Made by a program: the position numbers and the translations under genes
Shown here: one piece after another, positions 39,880 to 48,969 of the stretch
How the letters are laid out: every line of letters begins with the position of its first letter
How positions within the stretch are numbered: the stretch's first letter is position 1
The notes under the pieces: generated by a model
Told to the model about the DNA's origin: nothing
Databases searched by the model: none
Seen by the model: only the letters and a program-made list of their open reading frames with translations
Origin: Candidatus Latescibacterota bacterium
GTDB lineage: Bacteria > Latescibacterota > UBA2968 > GCA-2709665
Assembly: GCA_963667175.2 (NCBI GenBank)
Contig: CAXXXF010000003.1
Location: 128,001-192,000 of the forward strand
Direction of reading: 5' to 3'
Length of the DNA: 64,000 nucleotides

Positions 39880-42285
39880 ATGATTGGGATTCTGGTCTTT
39901 GTAGCGGCGGTTTCGCTGCTGTTGGCGTCCTCGCGTCATGCCGCGGCCCGGCAGCCCGAGCTCGACGAGACGCCCGCGCGGCCCGGCGAGTGGGGGTTCC
40001 GCCCCGCGGACGGCAGCGTCTCCAAGGTGACGCCGCCCGGGTTTTCCTGGCGGCCGCAGAAGAATGCCGCGAGCTACGACCTTCAGTGCGCGCGGGACAG
40101 CGGCTTCGGAGACGTGGCGTATGAAGCGAGCGGCGTGACGTTCAACGTCCACTGTCCGCCACAAACTCTGCCCGCGGGCTGCTGGTTCTGGCGATTCCGC
40201 TTTCACGACGAGTCAGGTGCGGTATCGGAATGGAGCCGGGAGCGGGCGTTTACGATTGCAGCAGATGCAAACGCGCTTCCGCTGCCCTCGCGCGAGGACC
40301 TGCTGGCGCGCATTCCCGCGGGTCATCCCCGGCTGTTCGTACGGCCGGAGCAGATACCGGAACTCCGGCGGCGCGCCGAAACGGACCTGGCGGACAAATA
40401 CGAGGGACTCGTGGCGGCCTCGGAGAAGCTGCTCGAGAATCCGCCGCCCACCGAAGAGCCGCCGCTCTACCCCGAAGGCACCGTGCGCCTGAGCGAGGAG
40501 TGGCGGGCCATCTGGTGGCCGAACCGGGAGTATACGATTGCCGCTCTGAACGGCGCGGCGACCCTGGCCTTCACACGGTTGCTGGGCGGGCGCGAGGAGT
40601 ACGGGCAACTCGCCCGGGAGATCCTGATGGCCTGCGCCGAATGGGACCCGAAAGGGGCGACGGGATTCAAATATAACGACGAAGCCGGAATGCCCTACGC
40701 GTACTATTTCTCACGGACGTACAGCTACCTCAACGATCTGCTGACGGAGGACGAGAAGAAAACGTGCCGGCGGGTGATGAGGGTCCGGGGGAAGGAAATG
40801 AACGCGCATCTGAATCCGCGCTTCCTCTGGCGTCCGTACGGGAGTCACGACACCCGGTCCTGGCACTTTCTGGGGGAGGTGGGCATCGCGTTTCTGGACG
40901 AGATTCCGGAGGCGGCGGACTGGGTCTGGTTCGCCGCGAACGTGTTCGCCAACACGTACCCGGTCTGGAGCGATGACGACGGAGGCTGGCACCAGGGCAT
41001 GGGCTACTGGCGGAGTTACATTCAGCGGTTTACGTGGTGGGCGGACGTCATGCGCGAGGCCATGGGCGTCGACGCCTTCGATAAGCCCTACTTCTCAAAG
41101 GTCGGCTACTATCCGATGTACCTCCAGCCGCCGGGTACGCGGGGAGGCGGTTTCGGAGACCTGACGGCGCATCTCGTCTCCGCGCAGAACCGGGGCGTGA
41201 TGGCCCTCTTCGCGGCGATGGCGCAGAATCCCTACTGGCAGTGGTACGTCGAGGCGCACGGTGAGTTGCCTTCCGAGCCGGGTTATATCGGCTTTGTCAG
41301 GGGCGCGCTGCCCCGGGTGGCGGCGAAGCGGCCGGTCGACCTGCCCACGTCACGCGTTTTCCGGGGCACGGGCCAGGCCGTGTTCAATACCAATCTGGAG
41401 GATGCCCGCAACAACGTGGAGCTGATCTTCAAGAGCAGTCCGCTCGGGTCTCACAGCCACGGGTACGAAGCCCAGAACGCCTTCCTTCTCTATGCCTTCG
41501 GGGAACGGCTGCTGATCCGTACGGGCAGGCGGGACATCCACGGCAGCGAGCATCACAGGCGCTGGATGCACCATACGAAGTCGGTGAACTGCATCACCGT
41601 CAACGGGGACGGGCAATTGCCGAATTCCAGCGACGCCCAGGGCGAAATCCTGGAGTTCCACACGTCGGCGCATTTCGATTACGTATCGGGAGAGGCGTCC
41701 CCCGCGTACGCCGGAAAACTGGAGCGGTTCACCCGCCGCATCCTGTTCGTGAAACCGGAAGCGGTTCTCATCTTCGATACGGTGCGCGCGCCAGAGCCCG
41801 CGAGCTTCGAGTGGCGGCTGCACGCGCCCGTGGAGATGGACGTCCGGAACCAGCGGGACGTCCGGGTGGTCAACGGGGCCGCCGGTTGCCGGGTGTCGTA
41901 TCTGTGGCCGGACGCGTTGAAACTGGACCAGACCGACCGGTTCGATCCTCCGCCCCGCGCCCGTATCAAACTGGTGGAATATCACCTGACGGCGACGCCC
42001 TCCGCGCCTGCCCGCGAACGCACATTCGTGACGCTTCTCAGGCCCCACCGCTCCGCGGACGTGTTGATCGGCGAGGCGGAACTGGCGGAAATCGACGACG
42101 GGTACGCGGTCACGATACCCCTGGCAGAAGGCAGCGCGGGCGTACTTCTGCAGGCGTCCGGAGGCAGCGTCCTGGAAGGGGCGGGTCTCAGGACCGACGG
42201 CGAGGTCGGCGCGGCCACGTTCGATGATCAGGGAGAGGTCAAAGAGACGTTTGTGGCGTCAGGCACGGTAATAGAAGCTCCCTGA
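39880..42285 (+). CDS. Secreted DUF4962 + heparinase II/III family lyase
   Basis: Signal peptide, TPPGFSW, GHPRLF, DGGWHQGMGYW, GGGFGD, SHGYEAQNAF and NCITVNG.GQ. Confidence 0.85.
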   Translation: MIGILVFVAAVSLLLASSRHAAARQPELDETPARPGEWGFRPADGSVSKVTPPGFSWRPQKNAASYDLQCARDSGFGDVAYEASGVTFNVHCPPQTLPAGCWFWRFRFHDESGAVSEWSRERAFTIAADANALPLPSREDLLARIPAGHPRLFVRPEQIPELRRRAETDLADKYEGLVAASEKLLENPPPTEEPPLYPEGTVRLSEEWRAIWWPNREYTIAALNGAATLAFTRLLGGREEYGQLAREILMACAEWDPKGATGFKYNDEAGMPYAYYFSRTYSYLNDLLTEDEKKTCRRVMRVRGKEMNAHLNPRFLWRPYGSHDTRSWHFLGEVGIAFLDEIPEAADWVWFAANVFANTYPVWSDDDGGWHQGMGYWRSYIQRFTWWADVMREAMGVDAFDKPYFSKVGYYPMYLQPPGTRGGGFGDLTAHLVSAQNRGVMALFAAMAQNPYWQWYVEAHGELPSEPGYIGFVRGALPRVAAKRPVDLPTSRVFRGTGQAVFNTNLEDARNNVELIFKSSPLGSHSHGYEAQNAFLLYAFGERLLIRTGRRDIHGSEHHRRWMHHTKSVNCITVNGDGQLPNSSDAQGEILEFHTSAHFDYVSGEASPAYAGKLERFTRRILFVKPEAVLIFDTVRAPEPASFEWRLHAPVEMDVRNQRDVRVVNGAAGCRVSYLWPDALKLDQTDRFDPPPRARIKLVEYHLTATPSAPARERTFVTLLRPHRSADVLIGEAELAEIDDGYAVTIPLAEGSAGVLLQASGGSVLEGAGLRTDGEVGAATFDDQGEVKETFVASGTVIEAP

Positions 42286-42432
42286 TTACCGTCGACAAAA
42301 AGAGAAGATGCATTTGCGTTTCGGTCAATTCTGTTGGATATTGGCTTTGCGAATTTATCTTTGTCCGATCGGTGCAGGCCATCGCCGATCATTTCGTAAA
42401 CGGACGGGAGATGATTTCGGAGAGGGTATGGA

Positions 42433-42732
42433 ATGAGAATCAACCTGGAGAAGATGTCCGAACAGGAGCTCACCGATCTGAACAACCGAATTGTCGCGCG
42501 CATCAAGTTCCTTCGCGGACAACGGATACACCGGGAGATGCTGAAGTTCGGGATCGGGGAGAGAGTTGCCTTCAAACCCGAAGGCGGTCACTGGATCACA
42601 GGCGTATTGACGAAGTACAACCGGAAGACTGTCAGCGTCATCACGGATGCCGGTGAGCGTTGGAACGTAGCGCCGGGTTTCCTCCTGAGGGCTTCGGAAG
42701 TCGAAACCGGAGACGAAAATTCAGCAGTGTGA
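42433..42732 (+). CDS. Small hypothetical protein (helical N-terminus + SH3-like beta C-terminus)
   Basis: Clean 99-aa ORF with GAGAGGG RBS. F.IGERVAF...GVLTKYNRKTVSV...WNV pattern. Confidence 0.65.
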   Translation: MRINLEKMSEQELTDLNNRIVARIKFLRGQRIHREMLKFGIGERVAFKPEGGHWITGVLTKYNRKTVSVITDAGERWNVAPGFLLRASEVETGDENSAV

Positions 42733-42799
42733 CTGCACGATTCGAGAAAGAACACGGCAACGTTCCCAATGTCGCATTCCTTCCGTTAGCGGCAGAGCC

Positions 42800-43201
42800 A
42801 TGACACAGAACGATCCATTTCGTATTGTGCTATCGGACGCGGGTCGTGACCCGGGTGCGCCACACCAGTTGGAATTCTTCGCACTACTGAATCTTGGTCT
42901 GGTGCAGTCATTGGCCAGCGGAATTCTCGGTGCAACAGAAGCCATTCAGCGCTTTTACCACTCGGACAACTGTCTCTACGTCCGAAGGCAACTTCGAAAC
43001 CGCGAGGCCAACGCGGTTATGAGCCGTGGAGTGCAATTGCCCGATCTTTTTGAAAGTTTGCCTGCAGAGGAGGCGCAGCGCGAATTCCTTCACGAACTCG
43101 AGATGATGCGGTCTCTGTGTCTGAAGCTCCTCGAGAACGTACGATCGCCCTCCGCTACGGGTCGTGCGACTGCATCGGGATCGCACAGAACACCGGCCTG
43201 A
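42800..43201 (+). CDS. Small helical protein, DUF3969-like
   Basis: LLNLGLVQSL.SG......A...FY......V...G.QL.D pattern recalled for DUF3969. Confidence 0.55.
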   Translation: MTQNDPFRIVLSDAGRDPGAPHQLEFFALLNLGLVQSLASGILGATEAIQRFYHSDNCLYVRRQLRNREANAVMSRGVQLPDLFESLPAEEAQREFLHELEMMRSLCLKLLENVRSPSATGRATASGSHRTPA

Positions 43202-43274
43202 CTCTTGACGTGATATAAAGAGATTTTCTATTTTCGATCTCCCTCAGACGACCTGTGCCGGGGGATTCTTTGAG

Positions 43275-46200
43275 GTGAAGGCAATGTCCGAAACCGGAGG
43301 ACGCAGCGCGCGAAGGCGTAAGCAGGAATCGTACGATATCGAGATTGTGAACAAGGAGATCCCCAGGTTGAAGGACCTCTGCCTGGAGACGGACCTGTCG
43401 AAGGACGTGCTGGTCGTCCCGCCGGAGGGTGAAGGCGGACAGCAACCCGCCCGGCGAATCGCGCAGGCGCTGGGAAGCGCGGCGGAAGTGCGGCCCGCGT
43501 CGGAGGTTGGCGAGTGCGATTGGGATTCCGCGCATATCGTTGCCGCGGGCAACGTGTTCAGCAACCGGGCCGTCCGGCGTCTGGGGATGAACTTCCACGC
43601 GTGGACCGACGAGTACTATCCGGGCGGGGACGGGTACGAAGTGAGAACGGTCCACAATCCCTTCGGGGCCGGCCGCAACGCGGTGCTCCTTGGCGGAAGC
43701 ACGTCCGAAGGGGTCGAACGGGCGGTGAACGAATTTCTCGGTATTGTGGAAAGGGAGGGACCGCGCATCGGACGGATCAACCGGTCGGTATCGCGGCAGA
43801 ACCCCGAGTCCTTCCCCACGGACGCCGAAGCGCGCCGGATTATCGATACCGTGAACGAACAGGTGGCGCTTTCGGGAAGCCAGGGTCCGCTTCGCCGCAT
43901 GGTGGACCACGCCATGCTGTACTATCTGTCCGGCGACGACGCCTGGGGCAGGATCTTCAGGGAGGAGTTCCTGTTCTTCATCGATCTCGCGCACGAGGTG
44001 GGAGACTGGTGCCTGTCGCAGGGGACGCACCTCTACTTCTGGATCTACCGGATGCTGACCGCCTGGGACGTGATGGAGGAAGGGGAGGTGTTGAGCGACG
44101 CGGACCGTCTGAAGATGACGAACGCCATCTACAATATCATCCGGTGGACGTCCGAACTGACCCACTTCCGGTTCAGGTCCGTGGACGACGTGGTCCAGAA
44201 CCAGAACCACCAGAGCTTCGCCGCGCTGAGTCTGTTTAGCGGAGCGAGGTACTTCAAGAAATATTACGGATTGACGGATTTCGACGAAAAGCTGCCCCTG
44301 GCGCACCGGACGCTGGAACTGCATGCCAGGTCGTACAAGCCGAACGACAACGCCGGTACCGGGTACGTGTGGATCACGCCCGGTCACCTGATCAAGTACG
44401 GGTTGATGACGGACGATCTATCGTACCTGGAAGACGGCCATCTCGCCCGCCTGCTGGACAGCGCTGTGCTCACCATCGACAGCCGGGGCGACGACTGCTC
44501 GTACGGCGACGTCGGCGCGTACCGGGCATCCCGCGCCAGCCGCCCGAGCGGCCTGCAGACCGCGGCCATCGGCACATGGTTCTATAACGACGGGCGGTAC
44601 CGGTGGCTTTACGACTGGATGGAGCAGGGGCAGGAGTGGAAGGATTCCTTCCGGAGGGACCGGAACTGGGGCATCGGCGGCTGGGAGGTGTACGACGGGT
44701 TCTTCTTCAAGGACGTTCCGCCCGTGGAGCCGGTGGAACTGCTCGGGGTACGCGCCTCCATGCTCGATGCGGCCGCGCACGATTTTGCAAAGGATCGCGC
44801 CAGAAATACGGATCAGTACCACGGCGATCCACTGCTGGAATCGGACGTGCCCCTCGCCGAGGCATTCGACAAGCTCGCGTTCCGGCGCAGTTTCGACAGG
44901 CGCAGCGAATACCTGCTGATCGACGGCCCGACGGGGTTCTCCCATTCCCAGGAAGACGGCAACTCGATCATCCGTCTGTGCTGGAACGACCGGATCTGGC
45001 TTGCGGACCTGGACTACATCCGACGCCTCGCGAGATATCACAATACGGTGGTAATCGGGAAGGACGGCACGTGTTTTACCAAGCCGTCGCAGGTGGCGCT
45101 CAGGGCGATCGGAGATTTTTCGGACTGGGGGTACAGCCGGACGGTTTCGCCGGGAGACAACGGCACGGACTGGGCCCGCAACATTTTCTGGCGGAAGGGG
45201 TCGTATTTCCTGGTGATCGATACGGTGAACGCGCTCGAGCACGGGGACTTTCTCCTGGACGCCATCTGGCGGGTACTCGGGAACGTCGACGTCGAGGAAA
45301 ACGGTTTGAATCTGGAACAGGATGGGGAGCGCTTCCACCTTGTGAATGCCGACGCGTCCGAGAAGTCGCTGACGGACCGTGAGGCGGACTTCGCGCCGGA
45401 CTGGGAGGCCAACTGGAAGAACTACGAGCACGCCGACGGGACGGTCCGGATGTGGCGCCAGAAGCAGCGGCTCACGTTGAATGCGGGCGAGCAGGCCGCC
45501 TTCGTCAACCTGTTGTATCCTTCCAATGCGGAGATGGACCAGGCGTTTGATCTGGAGCGTGTGGGCCCGTCCGTCGCGCGGGTCCGGGACAGACGTTCCG
45601 GCGAGTCGCAGATCGCAGGGGTCGGGGCGTACGAGTCCGGGGAATTGAGAGTGGATGCGGAACTGTTCCGGATCGACGGCAGCGGATTCGCGCTGGTGGA
45701 GGGGACTTCCCTCGCGTGGGACGGCCCGCTGTTCAGGAGTTGGGCGCCGGTGTCGGTAGCGTTGGATCTCGCGCGGGGAGAGGGGATTGTTGAATCCCGT
45801 ACGGAGACCCGGGTGGGCATCCGCGCCGAGGCGGTCGACGTAGACGGCGAACGGACGTCCGGCGGAGGCGAGGGAAAGCTGCTCTGGTTCACGCTATCGG
45901 CCGGTCGTCATCGCCTTCAGGTCTCCCCGTCAGGCGAGGCGGTCTTCGACCAGGCGTTGCAAGACGCGGATCCCTATCACGAGCCCGCCGTGAGCAGAGA
46001 CGCCGCGCCCGGGCCCGGCGCCGGGCTGGCGCCGCTGTGGACCGTTCAGGCCGGCGCGGCGGTGACGGCGGCGGCCTCCGATGCATCGGGCGGCACGCTG
46101 TTCGGCACAGCCACCGGAGACGTTCGCCTGTTTGGCGCGGACGGCGCCGAAAATTGGTCGTTCCAGGCGAAGGGCGGGGTGCGCGCCGTTCACCTTGAGG

Positions 46201-47147
46201 ATATCGATGGAGACGGCGAGTCGGAGGCCATTATCGGTACGCGGGACTGCTGGATGCACGTGCTGAATGGCGGAGGCGACGTTCGCTGGGAGCACGAGTT
46301 CCCGCCCGGAAGCGGGATGCGGCCGCAACGGCTGACGACCCTGTCCACGGCCGACCTGGACGGGGATGGCCGACGGCAGGTACTGGCCGGCGCGGAGGGG
46401 TGGCTGTTCCACGCGTTCGAGGCGGATGGAACGCTGAGATGGCAGACGGAGACCCACTACCACTGCATAACCGGATGCCTGTCCGTGGACCTGGAAGGCG
46501 ACGGGCGGGACGAGATGCTGGTTGGCACGGAATACTACACCATCAATTGCCTGAACCCGGACGGGACGGCGCGGTGGCGGCGGAGCACCGGCTGCGTCTC
46601 ACCGACGATTCTCGCGGCCGACCTGGACGGCGACGGGTCAATCGAGGTGGTGTACGGGGACTGGCGGGCCGTAAACGCGGCGTCGAGCGGGGAGCTGTTC
46701 GGCCAGACCGGATTGGGCGGCACCGGCAAGGTCACGGGGCCGGGGACCTACAGCAGCAAGCCCGGCAGGATGGGCGCGCTCACCTGGCGCGTGAATATGG
46801 GGGGCGAGGTGGAGGATATCGCCCTGGCGGACGTGAACGGAGACGGGAAACCGGAGGTGATCGCCGGCAGCGACGTGGGGCAACTGGCCTGCATCACGGG
46901 CGACGGCAACGTCGTTTGGCGGCACGACCTGGTGGACAAGATCACGTGGCTGACAACCGTCGATCGCGGCGTCGAGGTGAAGATCCTGGTGGGTTTCGAT
47001 ACGGGAGAAATCCGGACGTTCGACGAGAAAGGCGATCTTGCCGCCGTGGATCGGGTGGATGGAGAAGTCACGCATCTTCGAGCCGTCGGCGACACGGTCG
47101 TTTGCGCAACGTCCGCGGGTACCGTGACGGCGTTCCGTCCGCATTGA
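43275..47147 (+). CDS. Giant heparinase II/III-like + FG-GAP beta-propeller protein
   Basis: YPGGDGYEVRTVHNPF, WDVMEE..LSDADRL, QNHQ, SHSQEDGNSI, HNTV and DLDGDG repeats. Confidence 0.8.
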   Translation: MKAMSETGGRSARRRKQESYDIEIVNKEIPRLKDLCLETDLSKDVLVVPPEGEGGQQPARRIAQALGSAAEVRPASEVGECDWDSAHIVAAGNVFSNRAVRRLGMNFHAWTDEYYPGGDGYEVRTVHNPFGAGRNAVLLGGSTSEGVERAVNEFLGIVEREGPRIGRINRSVSRQNPESFPTDAEARRIIDTVNEQVALSGSQGPLRRMVDHAMLYYLSGDDAWGRIFREEFLFFIDLAHEVGDWCLSQGTHLYFWIYRMLTAWDVMEEGEVLSDADRLKMTNAIYNIIRWTSELTHFRFRSVDDVVQNQNHQSFAALSLFSGARYFKKYYGLTDFDEKLPLAHRTLELHARSYKPNDNAGTGYVWITPGHLIKYGLMTDDLSYLEDGHLARLLDSAVLTIDSRGDDCSYGDVGAYRASRASRPSGLQTAAIGTWFYNDGRYRWLYDWMEQGQEWKDSFRRDRNWGIGGWEVYDGFFFKDVPPVEPVELLGVRASMLDAAAHDFAKDRARNTDQYHGDPLLESDVPLAEAFDKLAFRRSFDRRSEYLLIDGPTGFSHSQEDGNSIIRLCWNDRIWLADLDYIRRLARYHNTVVIGKDGTCFTKPSQVALRAIGDFSDWGYSRTVSPGDNGTDWARNIFWRKGSYFLVIDTVNALEHGDFLLDAIWRVLGNVDVEENGLNLEQDGERFHLVNADASEKSLTDREADFAPDWEANWKNYEHADGTVRMWRQKQRLTLNAGEQAAFVNLLYPSNAEMDQAFDLERVGPSVARVRDRRSGESQIAGVGAYESGELRVDAELFRIDGSGFALVEGTSLAWDGPLFRSWAPVSVALDLARGEGIVESRTETRVGIRAEAVDVDGERTSGGGEGKLLWFTLSAGRHRLQVSPSGEAVFDQALQDADPYHEPAVSRDAAPGPGAGLAPLWTVQAGAAVTAAASDASGGTLFGTATGDVRLFGADGAENWSFQAKGGVRAVHLEDIDGDGESEAIIGTRDCWMHVLNGGGDVRWEHEFPPGSGMRPQRLTTLSTADLDGDGRRQVLAGAEGWLFHAFEADGTLRWQTETHYHCITGCLSVDLEGDGRDEMLVGTEYYTINCLNPDGTARWRRSTGCVSPTILAADLDGDGSIEVVYGDWRAVNAASSGELFGQTGLGGTGKVTGPGTYSSKPGRMGALTWRVNMGGEVEDIALADVNGDGKPEVIAGSDVGQLACITGDGNVVWRHDLVDKITWLTTVDRGVEVKILVGFDTGEIRTFDEKGDLAAVDRVDGEVTHLRAVGDTVVCATSAGTVTAFRPH

Positions 47148-47179
47148 CAGGTCATCAACCGACGCGTGAACAGAACCAT

Positions 47180-48043
47180 ATGGCAGGGCTGAGCGAAAAC
47201 CAGCGATCCACGTATCTCAACGACGGCTACCTCCTGCTGGAAGACGTGCTGGCGCCCGAGGACCTGCAGCCGCTGATCGACGACATCGACGCGGGGATCG
47301 ACCGAAAGGCGCGGGAGGCCGTTGCGCGCGGGCATCTGCGCGATCCGTTCGAGGATGCGCCCTTCGACCGGCGATTGGCCTGTATCCGCGACGCGATGGA
47401 CGATCCGTCGGAGATCGAGCGAGAGGTAACGGGGAAACGACTGAAGACGGCGGGGATGTTTTCGATGATCACGCACCCGGCGATTCTGGACGTCGTGGAA
47501 TCGGTCATCGGACCCGAGATCCTGGCCCATCCGCAGTTCAACTGCCAGGCGAAAATGCCCAACGAGATCCGGTCACAGATCCCCTGGCACCAGGACCTGG
47601 GGTTCCTGCATCCCGCGGCGGAAGCCACGTTCATGGTCAACTTCTGGATTCCGCTGGTGGACGTTTCCGTTGATAACGGATGCCTGGAGGTGATTCCGGG
47701 AAGCCATCGCGCGGGTCTGATGCCGCACGGCAAGGTCAGCGGGTATCCGAACGAAGGGATCCAGGATGGGTACGTACCAGAAGGGCGGGCCGTCGCCTGT
47801 CCGGTGGGAAAGGGAGGCGTGGTGGTGTTCCAGCACAAAACCGCGCACCGCTCGTTCCCCAACCGGACGGACCGCATCCGGTGGAGCGTGGACGTCCGTT
47901 ATTCCGACCCTTCAAAGCCAACGGGGCGTGACGAAGTGCCGGGATTTGTCGCGCGCAGCCAGGCCCATCCCGGGCGGGTGGCAAGGACGCACGTTGACTG
48001 GCAGAAGCGATTGCGGGGCGTGGAAGCGTCACTGTACGAGTAG
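47180..48043 (+). CDS. PhyH family dioxygenase
   Basis: True start MAGLSENQRSTY..DGY, then PWHQD, NGCLEVIPGSH and HRS..N.TD..R. Confidence 0.9.
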   Translation: MAGLSENQRSTYLNDGYLLLEDVLAPEDLQPLIDDIDAGIDRKAREAVARGHLRDPFEDAPFDRRLACIRDAMDDPSEIEREVTGKRLKTAGMFSMITHPAILDVVESVIGPEILAHPQFNCQAKMPNEIRSQIPWHQDLGFLHPAAEATFMVNFWIPLVDVSVDNGCLEVIPGSHRAGLMPHGKVSGYPNEGIQDGYVPEGRAVACPVGKGGVVVFQHKTAHRSFPNRTDRIRWSVDVRYSDPSKPTGRDEVPGFVARSQAHPGRVARTHVDWQKRLRGVEASLYE

Positions 48044-48077
48044 CTCCCCGGCGCCGCCCGCAGGGATGCATTCGCCG

Positions 48078-48911
48078 CTACGCGGGAACTGGAAAATCGG
48101 GCTTTCCATAAAACATACTGTGAAACGCCTGCCAGAAGGACTCGCCTCTGCACCGGATCGTAAAGTCGTCCACGCGCTCAACCCCTTCCCGCACGGAAAG
48201 TTTGTTGGGTTCGAGACGGATCATCTCTATCGCCGCGGGGCTTTCTGCAACAAGCGGTTCGATGTTATTCGCGATCGCCACGGCTTCCTGAACGCGCGTC
48301 CTGATCAGCGCGCGGGCATCTGCCGGCGCCATGTGAAGGGCGCATAATTCTCCCAGGCCTTCCTTCACGGGCGCCGTTACGATGCCTCTGACCCAGCGCT
48401 CGGATTCGGTGCACGCGTGCAGGTCGCCCGATGTAAAGACCCAGGGAATGCCCAGTTGACCGCACAGATACGCGGCCATTTCCATCTCGCCGACTTCGGC
48501 GCCATTGACGCGGTAGATGACATCGCGGCTCATCGAGTGTGCGAGGCATCCGTCGGGCGTGCCGGTCATTGCGTGCATGCCAACCTGGATCAATGCGTCG
48601 AATCCCGGCGATAGGCCAGGCAACCAGCACGGCCGCTTGACACCCTGCACCAGTTTCACGCCCGAGACCAATTCTTCCGACAGAATCGTGCGCCCCGCCC
48701 CGTGCGCGTCATTGATGATCACTTCTTCGACGCCTGCCGCAAATAAGCCCTGGGCCGCGGCGTTGACTTCGCCCGTCAACAGGCGCTGCATCTCGGCGCG
48801 GTCATACACGCCTTTTGCCGTTGTCGCGTCCTCCCGGTGTCTCGGGTCCCAGTCATCGACGCCGGCCACGCCTTCCAGATCGGTCATCATATAAACGGAT
48901 TTCACGACCAT
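48078..48911 (-). CDS. dppA: M55 family D-aminopeptidase
   Basis: TDLEGVAG, EVNAA, NDAHG, GMHA..G....LAHS and GE...SGD motifs. Confidence 0.85.
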   Translation of the reverse strand: MVVKSVYMMTDLEGVAGVDDWDPRHREDATTAKGVYDRAEMQRLLTGEVNAAAQGLFAAGVEEVIINDAHGAGRTILSEELVSGVKLVQGVKRPCWLPGLSPGFDALIQVGMHAMTGTPDGCLAHSMSRDVIYRVNGAEVGEMEMAAYLCGQLGIPWVFTSGDLHACTESERWVRGIVTAPVKEGLGELCALHMAPADARALIRTRVQEAVAIANNIEPLVAESPAAIEMIRLEPNKLSVREGVERVDDFTIRCRGESFWQAFHSMFYGKPDFPVPA

Positions 48912-48969
48912 GGGATTCTCCTGTTTTTGGGTATTACCGCAAACTCTCGCATTGCCAGTGTTTCCGCGG

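Noticed and set aside
46400-47179. Apparent N-terminal extension making a 547-aa PhyH
   Set aside because: It overlaps the 43275 gene in another frame. The PhyH domain starts at ATG 47180.
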